Source: Candidatus Saccharimonadales bacterium (GTDB taxonomy: Bacteria; Patescibacteriota; Saccharimonadia; Saccharimonadales; DASZAF01). Taken from it: a DNA stretch of 64,000 nucleotides. The first letter of the stretch is position 1; each line of letters starts with the position of its first letter. Where the stretch lies: NCBI GenBank assembly GCA_035480055.1, contig DATIIB010000007.1, positions 4,360 to 68,359 of the forward strand. Reading direction: 5' to 3'. Under the pieces are notes generated by a model, which worked only from the letters and a program-made list of their open reading frames with translations, was not told where the DNA came from and did not search any database. Position numbers and translations under genes: made by a program. Shown piece by piece: positions 17,373-26,673 of the stretch.

Positions 17373-18436
17373 GTAAGCAAAAACCAATGATCGCCTTAAT
17401 TATCTCTGGCTACAACGAAGAAAAAGTGATTGCCCGGACGTTGGAATCAGCCATCACTGCTGGCATGCGCCGCGAAGATATCTATGTGGTGAGCGACAAC
17501 TCCAGCGACCAAACCATGGCTGTCGCGCGCACCTTACTGCCTGACGTCAATGTCATGGAAGTGGAACGGAGCGGTAAAGGCTTGGCTCTGAGTAAAGCTG
17601 CTGCTGCATTTGGTTTGACCGAACGCTATCGTTGGATTCACGTTGCTGACGCCGATGGCGGTTTTGCGCCGAACTACTTCCGCGTACTGCGCCGTGAACT
17701 ACGCGTTAAGAACGCAGCAGCCACCGGCTACATCACCAGCACCAAAAACTCCATGATTGGGCAATACCGAGTGATGGAATACACCGTGGGTATGGAAGTG
17801 GTCCGCCGCTTTCAATCATTTGGCCAAGTGGTCAGCGTGATTCCTGGACCAAGCTCTTGCTTCCGCGCAGATGTGTTTAAAAAGCTCGACTTTGCCAGCG
17901 GCGCTTTAGCCGAAGACTTCTGCGTCACCTTGCAGATTCACCGCCAAAAACTTGGTCCCATTCAATATATCGAAGACGCGGTGGTCTTTACGCAGGACCC
18001 GCAAACCTTCCGCGACTTTACCCGCCAGATTCGTCGGTGGAACATCGGCATCTTGCAAGGTATCAAAATGTACAAGATCGGTTTGCGCCCACAACGCATC
18101 GACGCGTACCTGACGTACCAAGTTATGCAGAACCTGATGATGTTCTTTACCTACGCCATCTGGCTACCCTACCTGGCTTTTAGCCAGCACAACTTTGCCT
18201 TATTCCCGCTGGCCTTTCTGACTGACTTCAGCCTAACGCTGCTTCTTACCACGCTCACAGCCAAACGCGCCAAACGATGGGATATCCTGGAGTCGTTGCC
18301 CAATATTTACGGGCTTCGTTGGGTTGCCCTATGGGTCTTTATGTCAGCCTTCGTAAAGGTGATGATCTTCAATCAGCACCGCGTTGGCCGCAGTAATGGC
18401 ATCTGGCAACCGGTCGCTCGTAAAGCGGTTAGCTAG
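17369..18436 (+). CDS. Family-2 glycosyltransferase (processive synthase-like) with C-terminal TM helices
   Basis: 355 aa, with an ATGA overlap with the CE4 gene. Motifs: IALIISGYNEE, VVSDNSSD, HVADADGG, and Q-x-x-R-W-like RQIRRWNIG. Confidence 0.82.
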   Translation: MSKQKPMIALIISGYNEEKVIARTLESAITAGMRREDIYVVSDNSSDQTMAVARTLLPDVNVMEVERSGKGLALSKAAAAFGLTERYRWIHVADADGGFAPNYFRVLRRELRVKNAAATGYITSTKNSMIGQYRVMEYTVGMEVVRRFQSFGQVVSVIPGPSSCFRADVFKKLDFASGALAEDFCVTLQIHRQKLGPIQYIEDAVVFTQDPQTFRDFTRQIRRWNIGILQGIKMYKIGLRPQRIDAYLTYQVMQNLMMFFTYAIWLPYLAFSQHNFALFPLAFLTDFSLTLLLTTLTAKRAKRWDILESLPNIYGLRWVALWVFMSAFVKVMIFNQHRVGRSNGIWQPVARKAVS

Positions 18437-19499
18437 TTTTCGGCGTTTGGCGTCTTATAGACTTGAGGGCTTTCGGTGTCGCTACACCTACATGGTTTTT
18501 ATTCCCTGAAGATTGCAGCAGATGCACGGGCACAGCAGGCCCTCGGCTTTTCTCTAGCGCAACCCGTACCAATGCCCGCATGGCACGGACTCGTTGGAAT
18601 TTCCAACGGTGTTCAGCTTGCACACGAAGTTCGGCAACAGTTTGGCCGACATCGAGGCGCCGAGAGTTCGGCTCTTCCGATATCAATTCATCCATACCGC
18701 TAAATTCGGTCAGCAAGCGCAACACTTTTTTGGTCAGTTTGTTCATGCTGCGCGCCCGAATCCACCCATTCCCATCTTCGAGAGTGACCGCAATCGCTTC
18801 TTGCAAACGGTGAGTGAGCAACGCTTCTGGCTGCGGCGAGGGCTTTGGAGAGCGTGTCTGAAGCTCTGGTTGCTCGTCACTCGGCGGAATTGGCCACTGT
18901 GGCGGAGCTCCTCTTGGAGGCGGAGGTGTCGAAGCAACTGGCGCGCTTAAAACTGCAGGTGCATTCCGGTGCGCACCGGGAATTGCTACCGTGGGCGCAG
19001 TTCTGCGATACCCATACACCCGCTCTGGGAGTGCTGGCGGTTGAGTCTTGGCGTACACACCATCACGCACCTCGATGGTAACCCCTCTTCCTTTGGTTGT
19101 ATCTTCAATGGAGCGAATTTCACGCCCATTACCAAACAAGGCAGCCATGGCCAAACGCTCCCGAACACCTGGCGACATCTGCCGGAAATATTCGGCATCT
19201 CTGGCCAGCTCCGGATGTGCTTGCTGCACTGTCTCAGGCAGGCGGACATCGGCAATTAACCGGGCAGTCAGCGAGCCTATATTCTCGCTATGTCTTCCAA
19301 TCGGTGCGTCCACAATCTTATATTGAGGATTCGCTCTATCTGCTTGGCTCAATTCGCGAGCCCCAGGATCTCTGGGAATCTGCGTCTCGGGCTGCATGGC
19401 CTGAAAGGCGGCTTGTACTAATAACTGTTGTGTTCGTCGTACGGTCTGCGGCGTCACAGGGACGTCAAATTCAGACCGCCACGGTGCGGTATCAATCAT
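18429..19499 (-). CDS. Hypothetical protein with a central Pro-rich linker
   Basis: 356 aa with SD AAGGAG. It lies downstream of the sortase on the same strand. No signal peptide and no recognisable domain. Confidence 0.55.
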   Translation of the reverse strand: MIDTAPWRSEFDVPVTPQTVRRTQQLLVQAAFQAMQPETQIPRDPGARELSQADRANPQYKIVDAPIGRHSENIGSLTARLIADVRLPETVQQAHPELARDAEYFRQMSPGVRERLAMAALFGNGREIRSIEDTTKGRGVTIEVRDGVYAKTQPPALPERVYGYRRTAPTVAIPGAHRNAPAVLSAPVASTPPPPRGAPPQWPIPPSDEQPELQTRSPKPSPQPEALLTHRLQEAIAVTLEDGNGWIRARSMNKLTKKVLRLLTEFSGMDELISEEPNSRRLDVGQTVAELRVQAEHRWKFQRVRAMRALVRVALEKSRGPAVPVHLLQSSGNKNHVGVATPKALKSIRRQTPKTS

Positions 19500-19589
19500 A
19501 ATTACTCCTTTAAGAATTTAAGGCAGCGAGTGAGAGTATACACCTTCACTACGCATAAGCGCTATGGAATAATTAACAACAAGCGACGA

Positions 19590-20324
19590 TTAGAACAAAT
19601 GCTTCACAGCTTGGAAGGCGTTTTGGCTTCCGCTCGGCAGCGTCATGGCTTTGGGCGTATGCATTTCGGGTGCAACCTGGTTAGCATCCACGGCAGGAGA
19701 AATCTGTTTGGCCTGAATCACCAAACGATTGAGTGAAGTTCCCACAGGAGTACACGTGATAAGCGTCAATGTGGGAGTTGCAGTTTGAGCCAGCACCGAA
19801 GTATCGTTCGGGCGAATCACTTTGCGTGTGGTGACTTCATAAATATATTGTTTGCCTTGGTAGTTGGCGTATAGCTTATCCCCGATTTGCACTTGGTCGA
19901 GCATCATAAACACAAATTTGTACGAGCCAGGCGCCCACGGCGTGTTGCTGGAGTGGCCCAGGATGACCGTATTTCCGCCATTACCTGGTGCAGGCGTTCC
20001 GGCAAAAAGGAGGACGCCGCTTTCGAGTGCTTTTTGCACATCTTTTTCGAGCGGACTGGGCATGTTAGTAACAATCGGCGCGGTCACGCTAATGCGCGGA
20101 ATGATCAGCTCGGGCTGGGTGTATTGCGGTGAAGTTTGCGAGCCTGTGGCAGAAGTCTGTGGCAGCGTTGGAGGTGCGGCCGCCATAACCGGCTTGTGAA
20201 AGGCCAGCATGCTGCGGCCCACAATTAACTGGGCGTTAAAAATGCCAAGCAAGAGCACGGTAGTGGTAATGCCGATAAGGGGTGCACGCCAGGCGCGCCA
20301 TGTGGTAGATCGGGGACGATGCAC
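19590..20324 (-). CDS. Sortase family transpeptidase
   Basis: 244 aa with a GTG start and AAGAGG upstream. N-terminal TM; catalytic His region NTVILGHSSN; active-site TLxTC motif LTLITCTPVG; and a downstream R (SLNRLVI). Confidence 0.85.
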   Translation of the reverse strand: MHRPRSTTWRAWRAPLIGITTTVLLLGIFNAQLIVGRSMLAFHKPVMAAAPPTLPQTSATGSQTSPQYTQPELIIPRISVTAPIVTNMPSPLEKDVQKALESGVLLFAGTPAPGNGGNTVILGHSSNTPWAPGSYKFVFMMLDQVQIGDKLYANYQGKQYIYEVTTRKVIRPNDTSVLAQTATPTLTLITCTPVGTSLNRLVIQAKQISPAVDANQVAPEMHTPKAMTLPSGSQNAFQAVKHLF

Positions 20325-20394
20325 GTGAGCAGACCTCTTTATTTAGCTATTACTATACCATAAAAGCTAATCAAATGCAATGGAATATTCTCAC

Positions 20395-21066
20395 CTACCG
20401 CGTCAGCAAGCCATTGGCGATAAGGCTCACGCCCAAAACCGTACTCACCACAATAACCGTATGGTTGCCGTAGCGCGCCAAAAAACGATTTACTCTTGCC
20501 AAAGCTGCTGCTCGCTGCTTGGCCGGTGCTAACGCATAGATGGCGACCACCAAAAGCTGCAACGCCAAAGCTGCCCCGGCATAGGTCGCAACTGCGGCGA
20601 CCTGGGTAAGGTTAGAGACATTCAACTGACCGATCCGAATCATCGCAAACACAAACACCACATCAAACACCGACTGCACCGCTACCAGTGCCGCACCGAG
20701 CAAACCGAGAGCCCAATTGTCCCACTGTAAACGTTTCGTCATCCACGCCGACGGTCGCACCGATGCATGCCGCGAGCGCACTTGCCAATATATGCCGGCG
20801 GCAACCGCCAGGAGAATCACTCCCCCGACTATTTCCGCAGAGGACAACAACCAGCGGTGAAATTCTTCAAAATGCAGAATGCGCCTACCAAGTCCATGTG
20901 CGCACAATACTCCCATCACCAGCAGCGACACAAAACTCCCGCCAAGAAAAGCAAAGCTGCGTGTATACGGTCGCGGCTGAGTCAACAAAATGGGCATGAT
21001 CCCAATCCCGACCGGATCGATCGCCGAGAGGCCGAGTATGACCATGGCTGCAAAAAGCGTTAACAT
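20395..21066 (-). CDS. Multi-pass membrane protein (family not recognised)
   Basis: 223 aa from ATG 21066; the track ORF's first 79 codons look non-coding. About six hydrophobic segments. Confidence 0.6.
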   Translation of the reverse strand: MLTLFAAMVILGLSAIDPVGIGIMPILLTQPRPYTRSFAFLGGSFVSLLVMGVLCAHGLGRRILHFEEFHRWLLSSAEIVGGVILLAVAAGIYWQVRSRHASVRPSAWMTKRLQWDNWALGLLGAALVAVQSVFDVVFVFAMIRIGQLNVSNLTQVAAVATYAGAALALQLLVVAIYALAPAKQRAAALARVNRFLARYGNHTVIVVSTVLGVSLIANGLLTR

Positions 21067-21123
21067 GGCTTCTATTATGCAATACCTTCGCCTAATTTCC
21101 TCATTACTTTCGGTTGACACCCG

Positions 21124-21132
21124 TGCTATAGT
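21124..21132 (+). promoter_or_regulatory. Possible extended -10 element (TGCTATAGT) for the gene at 21179
   Basis: Direct reading. It lies 47 nt upstream of the ATG. No clear -35. Confidence 0.3.
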
Positions 21133-21178
21133 TAAGCCAAAGTAAGCACAAGCTTCACTAAAATTTGGAGAGATCGCC

Positions 21179-22762
21179 ATGCTCAAACTGCACGCATTTA
21201 GACGAAAGTTTAGTCTCTTACATATCTCCATCAGCACCGCACTCCTTTTGAGCGGTGCTCTTTTCTTATTTACCCCCAAAGCGGTTGCGGCTGGGTGTGC
21301 CATGCCAAGTACCGATTACGGTTCTGCCACCACCACGGTGACCGTTGGCAGTACCGGCACGTACAACATCTGGAGCTTACTGAATACTGCGAATAGCGCC
21401 AACAATTCCTACCTTCTGGATATCGACGGAGCAAGCTGTACGCCAGTAGGCGGCACCAGCCTCACCGCCAATACCTGGACATGGGTGGATTACCAAAATG
21501 GCTCAACGACAAATAAAGCGACTGTCACGCTTTCTGCAGGACAGCACACCCTCAAGTTAATCGGCAATGCTGCTAATGTGAAGGTTGGACGAATTCTCTT
21601 CCTGAGCGACACTTGCACACCAACTGGCCTTGGCGATAACTGTTTGGCAACAGCTGACCAAACGCCGCCAACAGTGTCACTCACCAGCCCAACCAATAAC
21701 GCCACAGTCACTAACTCAACGCCTATTACGGTCACTGCCGCTGATGCGGTAGGCGTGACTAAAGTAGAACTCTCTATCGACGGCGTACTGCAAACCACGC
21801 TGACCGCTTCGCCATATACCTACGCTTGGGACACCACCAGTCTGGCCAACGGAGCACACAGTATTAGCGCCAAGGCTTACGATGCTGCGGGCAACAGCAG
21901 CACGGACACGGTTCAGGTGACTGTCCAAAACGGCGATACCCAAGCACCGACCACGCCGACAAACCTCACCGCAACCGCCCCAGCCTACAACAAAGTGTCA
22001 CTTAAGTGGACGGCAAGTACCGATAACATTGGGATCGCCAACTACCGCATTGTGCGAAACGGCACGCTAATCGCACAAGTTAGCGGCACCACCTACACCG
22101 ACGCAACTGTCACTGCCAAAACTGCGTACAGCTACCAACTCCAAGCTGTTGATGCAGCTGGCAATGTCTCTGGACTCTCCGCTACCGCCAGCGTTACCAC
22201 CCCGAGCGTTCCAGACACTCAAGCACCGTCAGCTCCAACCAACCTCAGCGCGACGGCAGTCAGTGCGTCGCAAATCAACGTCAGCTGGACAGCCAGCACC
22301 GATAACACCGGCGTCACTGGCTACGATGTCTACCGCTCCAACGGCGGCAGCGCGACCAAGATCGCTACCGTCACCACCACAAGCCTTGGCGATTCAGCAC
22401 TTTCGGCAAACACCGCCTACACCTATTACGTCATCGCCCGCGATGCGGCTGGCAACTCCAGCGCACCTTCATCCACGGCGCAAGCGACAACGCAGGCGAC
22501 GCCACCAACCAACAACACCGGCGTCCTCCAAGGCCGCGTGACCAATACCTCAGGCACAGCGCTGAAAGCTACCATCAGGGTTACCCTGAATGGCACGACG
22601 CACAACTACGGCACAGATTCACAAGGCAATTACCTCATTGGTCAGCTGCCTGCCGGAACCTACCGAGTTCACTACAGCGCCCGCGGCTACACCGCCCAAA
22701 CCTATCAATTGGTTATTACGGCCAGCACCACAACCACTAAAAATGTGCAACTTACAAAGTAG
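21179..22762 (+). CDS. Secreted modular protein: N-terminal domain, Ig-like domain, two FN3 domains, carboxypeptidase-regulatory-like domain
   Basis: 527 aa with SD GGAGAG. Signal peptide ...LFLFTPKAVAAG. An Ig-like module resembles those at 14871-15422. Two FN3 domains carry WTASTDN(I/T)G(I/V)..Y. C-terminus: GVLQGRVTN..G..L.....V......Y.T.TDS.GNY.I..L..G.Y. Confidence 0.75.
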   Translation: MLKLHAFRRKFSLLHISISTALLLSGALFLFTPKAVAAGCAMPSTDYGSATTTVTVGSTGTYNIWSLLNTANSANNSYLLDIDGASCTPVGGTSLTANTWTWVDYQNGSTTNKATVTLSAGQHTLKLIGNAANVKVGRILFLSDTCTPTGLGDNCLATADQTPPTVSLTSPTNNATVTNSTPITVTAADAVGVTKVELSIDGVLQTTLTASPYTYAWDTTSLANGAHSISAKAYDAAGNSSTDTVQVTVQNGDTQAPTTPTNLTATAPAYNKVSLKWTASTDNIGIANYRIVRNGTLIAQVSGTTYTDATVTAKTAYSYQLQAVDAAGNVSGLSATASVTTPSVPDTQAPSAPTNLSATAVSASQINVSWTASTDNTGVTGYDVYRSNGGSATKIATVTTTSLGDSALSANTAYTYYVIARDAAGNSSAPSSTAQATTQATPPTNNTGVLQGRVTNTSGTALKATIRVTLNGTTHNYGTDSQGNYLIGQLPAGTYRVHYSARGYTAQTYQLVITASTTTTKNVQLTK

Positions 22763-22777
22763 GCGAAAGGAATAATT

Positions 22778-23182
22778 ATGGAAAAGATTGCCAAGCGAAA
22801 AATGTTGCAATGGGCGATTGGTGCCGCGGTTGTCATCGTGGCTGTCAGCGGCGTGTACTTTGGCTTTCGAGCTCACAACCAAGCCGCAACCAAAAAGGAG
22901 CAGACCGTCGTGCAACAGACGGCACGCGTTTCCATAAGTAGCGCCGGCTTTATGCCTGGCACTATCAAGATACGTCAAGGTCAAATGGTCACCTGGACCA
23001 ACCAAGACACTCGGCCACACCAAATCGCCAGCGACATCGGCAATAGCCCGACCTCGTTTGGCAGCGACTCGCCACTTGCTCGCACCGAAACCTTTGCCAC
23101 CGTCTTTGACACCAAGGGAATGTTCACCTATCACGATCAACTTAATCCACTTAACTCAAAAGCGACAGTGATCGTTGAGTAG
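22778..23182 (+). CDS. Membrane-anchored cupredoxin-like small protein
   Basis: 134 aa. An N-terminal TM is followed by GTIKIRQGQMVTWTNQDTRPHQI...GMFTYHDQLNP, which is the cupredoxin/EfeO-like beta-sandwich pattern. A complete Cu-ligand set is not evident. Confidence 0.5.
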   Translation: MEKIAKRKMLQWAIGAAVVIVAVSGVYFGFRAHNQAATKKEQTVVQQTARVSISSAGFMPGTIKIRQGQMVTWTNQDTRPHQIASDIGNSPTSFGSDSPLARTETFATVFDTKGMFTYHDQLNPLNSKATVIVE

Positions 23183-23183
23183 T

Positions 23184-24269
23184 ATGAAGAAAGGCACTCA
23201 AAAAATGGAACAATCTGCTCACACATCACTTGCCAAGCCCCGAGGCAACTCCCGATATAACCTCATCGTTTCCCTACTGGTGGGCGCGGCGGTTGCTGGG
23301 GCAGGGTTATACCTGTTGGTCTCACGAGCCGCAGGACCTTTCGTAACCGTTAACGCGGCGCAGCTAACACCAAGTGGCTCGGCCAGTATTGTGACCGATC
23401 CAACCGTCGGCAGCGCGCTGGCCTTTGGCTCGGGCAGCGTCGGGACGGCAACCTGCACCTATCCAAATCCCGACTGTACCGGCATTCCTGCCACCACTGT
23501 CGTCAGCAAAACAGTCCAAGGTGACTTTAACGCAACCACAGCTGGGCAAGTCATCGACGGTTGGCACATTACCGGCAACCTCAACATTCAAGCAAGCAAC
23601 GTGACCGTTAAAAATAGCCAGATCGACGGCACCATTGATAACGAAACCGGCCCAACTCATTACGGCCCATTCACCGTCGCCGATACCACCATCGGCCCCG
23701 CAAGTGGTTGCGTCAGCCTGCCAGGCATCGGCGAATCGAATTACACCGCTACTCGAGTTCTTATTCGCGGCCACGATGACGGCTTCCGCATGTCAGGCAA
23801 CGACGTGACGGTGACTGATTCGTACGCTCACCTCTGCTGGAATCCACCATCAATTGCGCCACCAGACGGCAGTCACTCCGACGGCTTCCAAAACTACTGC
23901 AAAGATAGTAGCGGTGGCAGTAGCGTATGCATCAATCTGACTTTCAACCACAACACCATCGATGAACACGATATTGCAGGCAACTCGGCTGTAAATGCCG
24001 GATCCAATGCCGACGGCTCCAAGTTCGGCACAGTTACCATGAATGATAACCTCTTCTGGGGCGGCGGCTACACAGTCGTAACCCAATGGGGCAGCGGGCC
24101 AATCTGGACAATTCACAACAACCGTTTTGTCGACAAGGGCTGGCAATACGCACCTGTTGACGCTGAAGGAACCTGCGCGAACCAAGATTGGGCTGGCAAC
24201 TCCATTGTGACCGTCGACGCCAAATACAACATCACCTCTACCGTGCGCGCCCAAGGTTGCATCCAATAG
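23184..24269 (+). CDS. Anchored protein with a Cys-rich PbH1/beta-helix-like domain; paralog of the C-terminus of 48085-50478
   Basis: 361 aa from ATG 23184; the track uses TTG 23175. TM LIVSLLVGAAVAGAGLYLLV. It is colinear with the other protein over ~270 aa, for example IRGHDDGFRMSGNDVTVTDSYAHLCWNPP...DGSHSDGFQNYC...EGTCANQDWAGNS, and both end in CIQ. Confidence 0.7.
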   Translation: MKKGTQKMEQSAHTSLAKPRGNSRYNLIVSLLVGAAVAGAGLYLLVSRAAGPFVTVNAAQLTPSGSASIVTDPTVGSALAFGSGSVGTATCTYPNPDCTGIPATTVVSKTVQGDFNATTAGQVIDGWHITGNLNIQASNVTVKNSQIDGTIDNETGPTHYGPFTVADTTIGPASGCVSLPGIGESNYTATRVLIRGHDDGFRMSGNDVTVTDSYAHLCWNPPSIAPPDGSHSDGFQNYCKDSSGGSSVCINLTFNHNTIDEHDIAGNSAVNAGSNADGSKFGTVTMNDNLFWGGGYTVVTQWGSGPIWTIHNNRFVDKGWQYAPVDAEGTCANQDWAGNSIVTVDAKYNITSTVRAQGCIQ

Positions 24270-24330
24270 TTACCGTACCAAGGTATTGTCCTGGCGAGAG
24301 ACAGCAAAACCGACTACAATAAGCTTAAGC

Positions 24331-26673
24331 ATGGAAATAGATTCATCCGTTTTTGCCAAGTACTTACGCGCCGCCAATTACCTCACCGCAGCGCAGATCT
24401 TTCTGCAAGATAACTTCTTGCTTGAGCGCGAACTGCGGCCCGAAGACATTAAGCCGCGGTTGCTAGGGCACTGGGGTTCAGGACCAGGGGTGAATTATGC
24501 CTACGCGCACTTAAGTTACCTTGCCAAGACCAAAGACCAAGACATGATGTTTGTGCTGGGTCCAGGGCATGCCTTTCCGGCATTGCAGGCCAACCTATTT
24601 TTGGAAGGAACACTTGGAACATTCTACCCTGAAGCAGCTCAGACACTCGAAGGCATCAGCTACATCTGTCGCCAGTTCAGCTGGCCGTATGGCTTTCCGA
24701 GTCACAGCAATCCGGGCACTCCGGGCGTAATCTTGGAAGGCGGCGAGCTGGGCTACTCTTTGGCAACCGCATATGGAGCCGCACTTGATAATCCAGACCT
24801 GTTGGTGGCATGTTTGGTTGGCGATGGCGAAGCCGAAACCGGCCCTACCGCTGGCGCATGGCATCTCAACAAGTTAGTTAATCCACGAACCAATGGTGCC
24901 GTGCTCCCGATCCTTCATCTTAACGGCTACAAAATTTCTGCCCCAACCGTGTTTGGGCGCATGAGCAATTACGAACTCATGGCGCTCTTTAGCGGCTACG
25001 GCTATCACCCGCGGATCGTCGACGCCACAGTGACCGATGATCCGCAAGCAGCTATGGCCGAAGCGATGGACTGGGCGTATGACCTTATTCAAGAAATTCG
25101 CACGAGCCAGAGCCAAACCGCGCCACTCATGCCCATGATCATCATGCGAACCCTCAAAGGCTGGACCGGCGTTAAGGAGCTGGCTGGGCAAAAGATTGAG
25201 GGCAACTGCCTATCGCACCAAGTGGTCTTGACCGAAGCCAAAACCAATCCCGAGCAGTTGCAACTCCTGGACCAATGGCTGCGCTCCTACAATTTTAACG
25301 AACTCTTTTCCATTCAAAATGGCTTTGGCGAACTCACTCAAGATATCTTCCCCGACGACCCAGCCCGCCGTATTGGCGCCAGCCCCCATGCTCGTGGCGG
25401 CAGCGAAGTGCTCAAGCCCCTCGTTCTGCCTACTGCCGAAGAGTTTGCAGAAGACGCCACCATTCCGGGAACTATCGGCTCCAGCAGCATGCGCCGCGCG
25501 GGGCTATTTCTGAGTAAGGCATTCGAACTCAACCAAGACACCAAAAACTTCCGGATGATGTCGCCGGACGAAACCTATTCCAATAAGCTTGATGCCGTCT
25601 TTACCCAAACCAGCCGCGCCTGGCAATGGCCGTTGGAAGAATGGGACAAAGATATGTCGCCAGATGGGCGCGTAATGGAGATGCTCAGTGAGCACAATCT
25701 GCAAGGTCTGGCTCAAGGCTACACCTTGACCGGCCGGCACTCGGTGTTCGCCAGTTACGAAGCATTTATTCAGGTGATTGTCAGCATGATGGACCAATAT
25801 GCCAAATTCCTCAATCAATCTTTGCAGGTGAAGTGGCGCGGCGATATTCCATCGCTCAACTACATCCTTACTTCATCTGGCTGGCGACAGGACCACAATG
25901 GTTTTAGCCACCAAAACCCTGGTTTTATCGATGATGCCTTACGGCGCCAAGGCGACTTTGTGGATGTCTACTTTCCGCCAGATGGCAACTCCACTTTGGC
26001 CGTGCTGGAGCATATGTTGGGGTCGGTGAATCATATTAACATCTTGGTGGCTGGCAAAACACTCGAGCCGCGTTGGCTCACACCAGCCGCTGCCCGAGAC
26101 GCGCTGGTGTCTGGAATCACCACCTGGGATTTTGCAAGTGATGATGATCCAGATGTGGTGCTGGCAGGTGTGGGTGATTATCCCACCAAAGAAGCCATGG
26201 CCGCGCTTGATTTGGCAAAGAAGGCCTGGCCAGACCTCCGGCTACGAATGGTGAATATTTCTTCGCTGACCAGTTGCGGACTTGGACAAGGCGGCACCTG
26301 TGTCACGCAAGATGGTTTTAACCAACACTTCACCACCGACAAGCCAATTATCTGCAACTTCCATGGGTACCCCGAAACGCTCAAAGCTATCTTTTTTAAC
26401 TACATTGATTCGCCTACTCGTTGCGGCATTCACGGCTATATTGAAAGTGGCTCGACCACCACGCCATTTGATATGCATGTGCGCAACAAAACCAGCCGCT
26501 TCCACTTAGCGATCGAGATCTTTGAACGAGCGGCTGCCCAGGGCCGCGTACCCCAAGCTGACGCGGAGCGAATAATGGCGCAGTTCCAACAAAAGATCGA
26601 TGACAACACCGCATACATTAAGATTCACGGCGTGGATATGCCAGAGATAGACGCATGGCAGTGGCACCGCTAA
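24331..26673 (+). CDS. xfp: Xylulose-5-phosphate/fructose-6-phosphate phosphoketolase
   Basis: 780 aa from ATG 24331. Motifs: YLRAANYLTAAQIFL, LLGHWGSGPG, EGGELGYSL, VGDGEAETG, SSGWRQDHNGFSHQNPG. Confidence 0.93.
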   Translation: MEIDSSVFAKYLRAANYLTAAQIFLQDNFLLERELRPEDIKPRLLGHWGSGPGVNYAYAHLSYLAKTKDQDMMFVLGPGHAFPALQANLFLEGTLGTFYPEAAQTLEGISYICRQFSWPYGFPSHSNPGTPGVILEGGELGYSLATAYGAALDNPDLLVACLVGDGEAETGPTAGAWHLNKLVNPRTNGAVLPILHLNGYKISAPTVFGRMSNYELMALFSGYGYHPRIVDATVTDDPQAAMAEAMDWAYDLIQEIRTSQSQTAPLMPMIIMRTLKGWTGVKELAGQKIEGNCLSHQVVLTEAKTNPEQLQLLDQWLRSYNFNELFSIQNGFGELTQDIFPDDPARRIGASPHARGGSEVLKPLVLPTAEEFAEDATIPGTIGSSSMRRAGLFLSKAFELNQDTKNFRMMSPDETYSNKLDAVFTQTSRAWQWPLEEWDKDMSPDGRVMEMLSEHNLQGLAQGYTLTGRHSVFASYEAFIQVIVSMMDQYAKFLNQSLQVKWRGDIPSLNYILTSSGWRQDHNGFSHQNPGFIDDALRRQGDFVDVYFPPDGNSTLAVLEHMLGSVNHINILVAGKTLEPRWLTPAAARDALVSGITTWDFASDDDPDVVLAGVGDYPTKEAMAALDLAKKAWPDLRLRMVNISSLTSCGLGQGGTCVTQDGFNQHFTTDKPIICNFHGYPETLKAIFFNYIDSPTRCGIHGYIESGSTTTPFDMHVRNKTSRFHLAIEIFERAAAQGRVPQADAERIMAQFQQKIDDNTAYIKIHGVDMPEIDAWQWHR

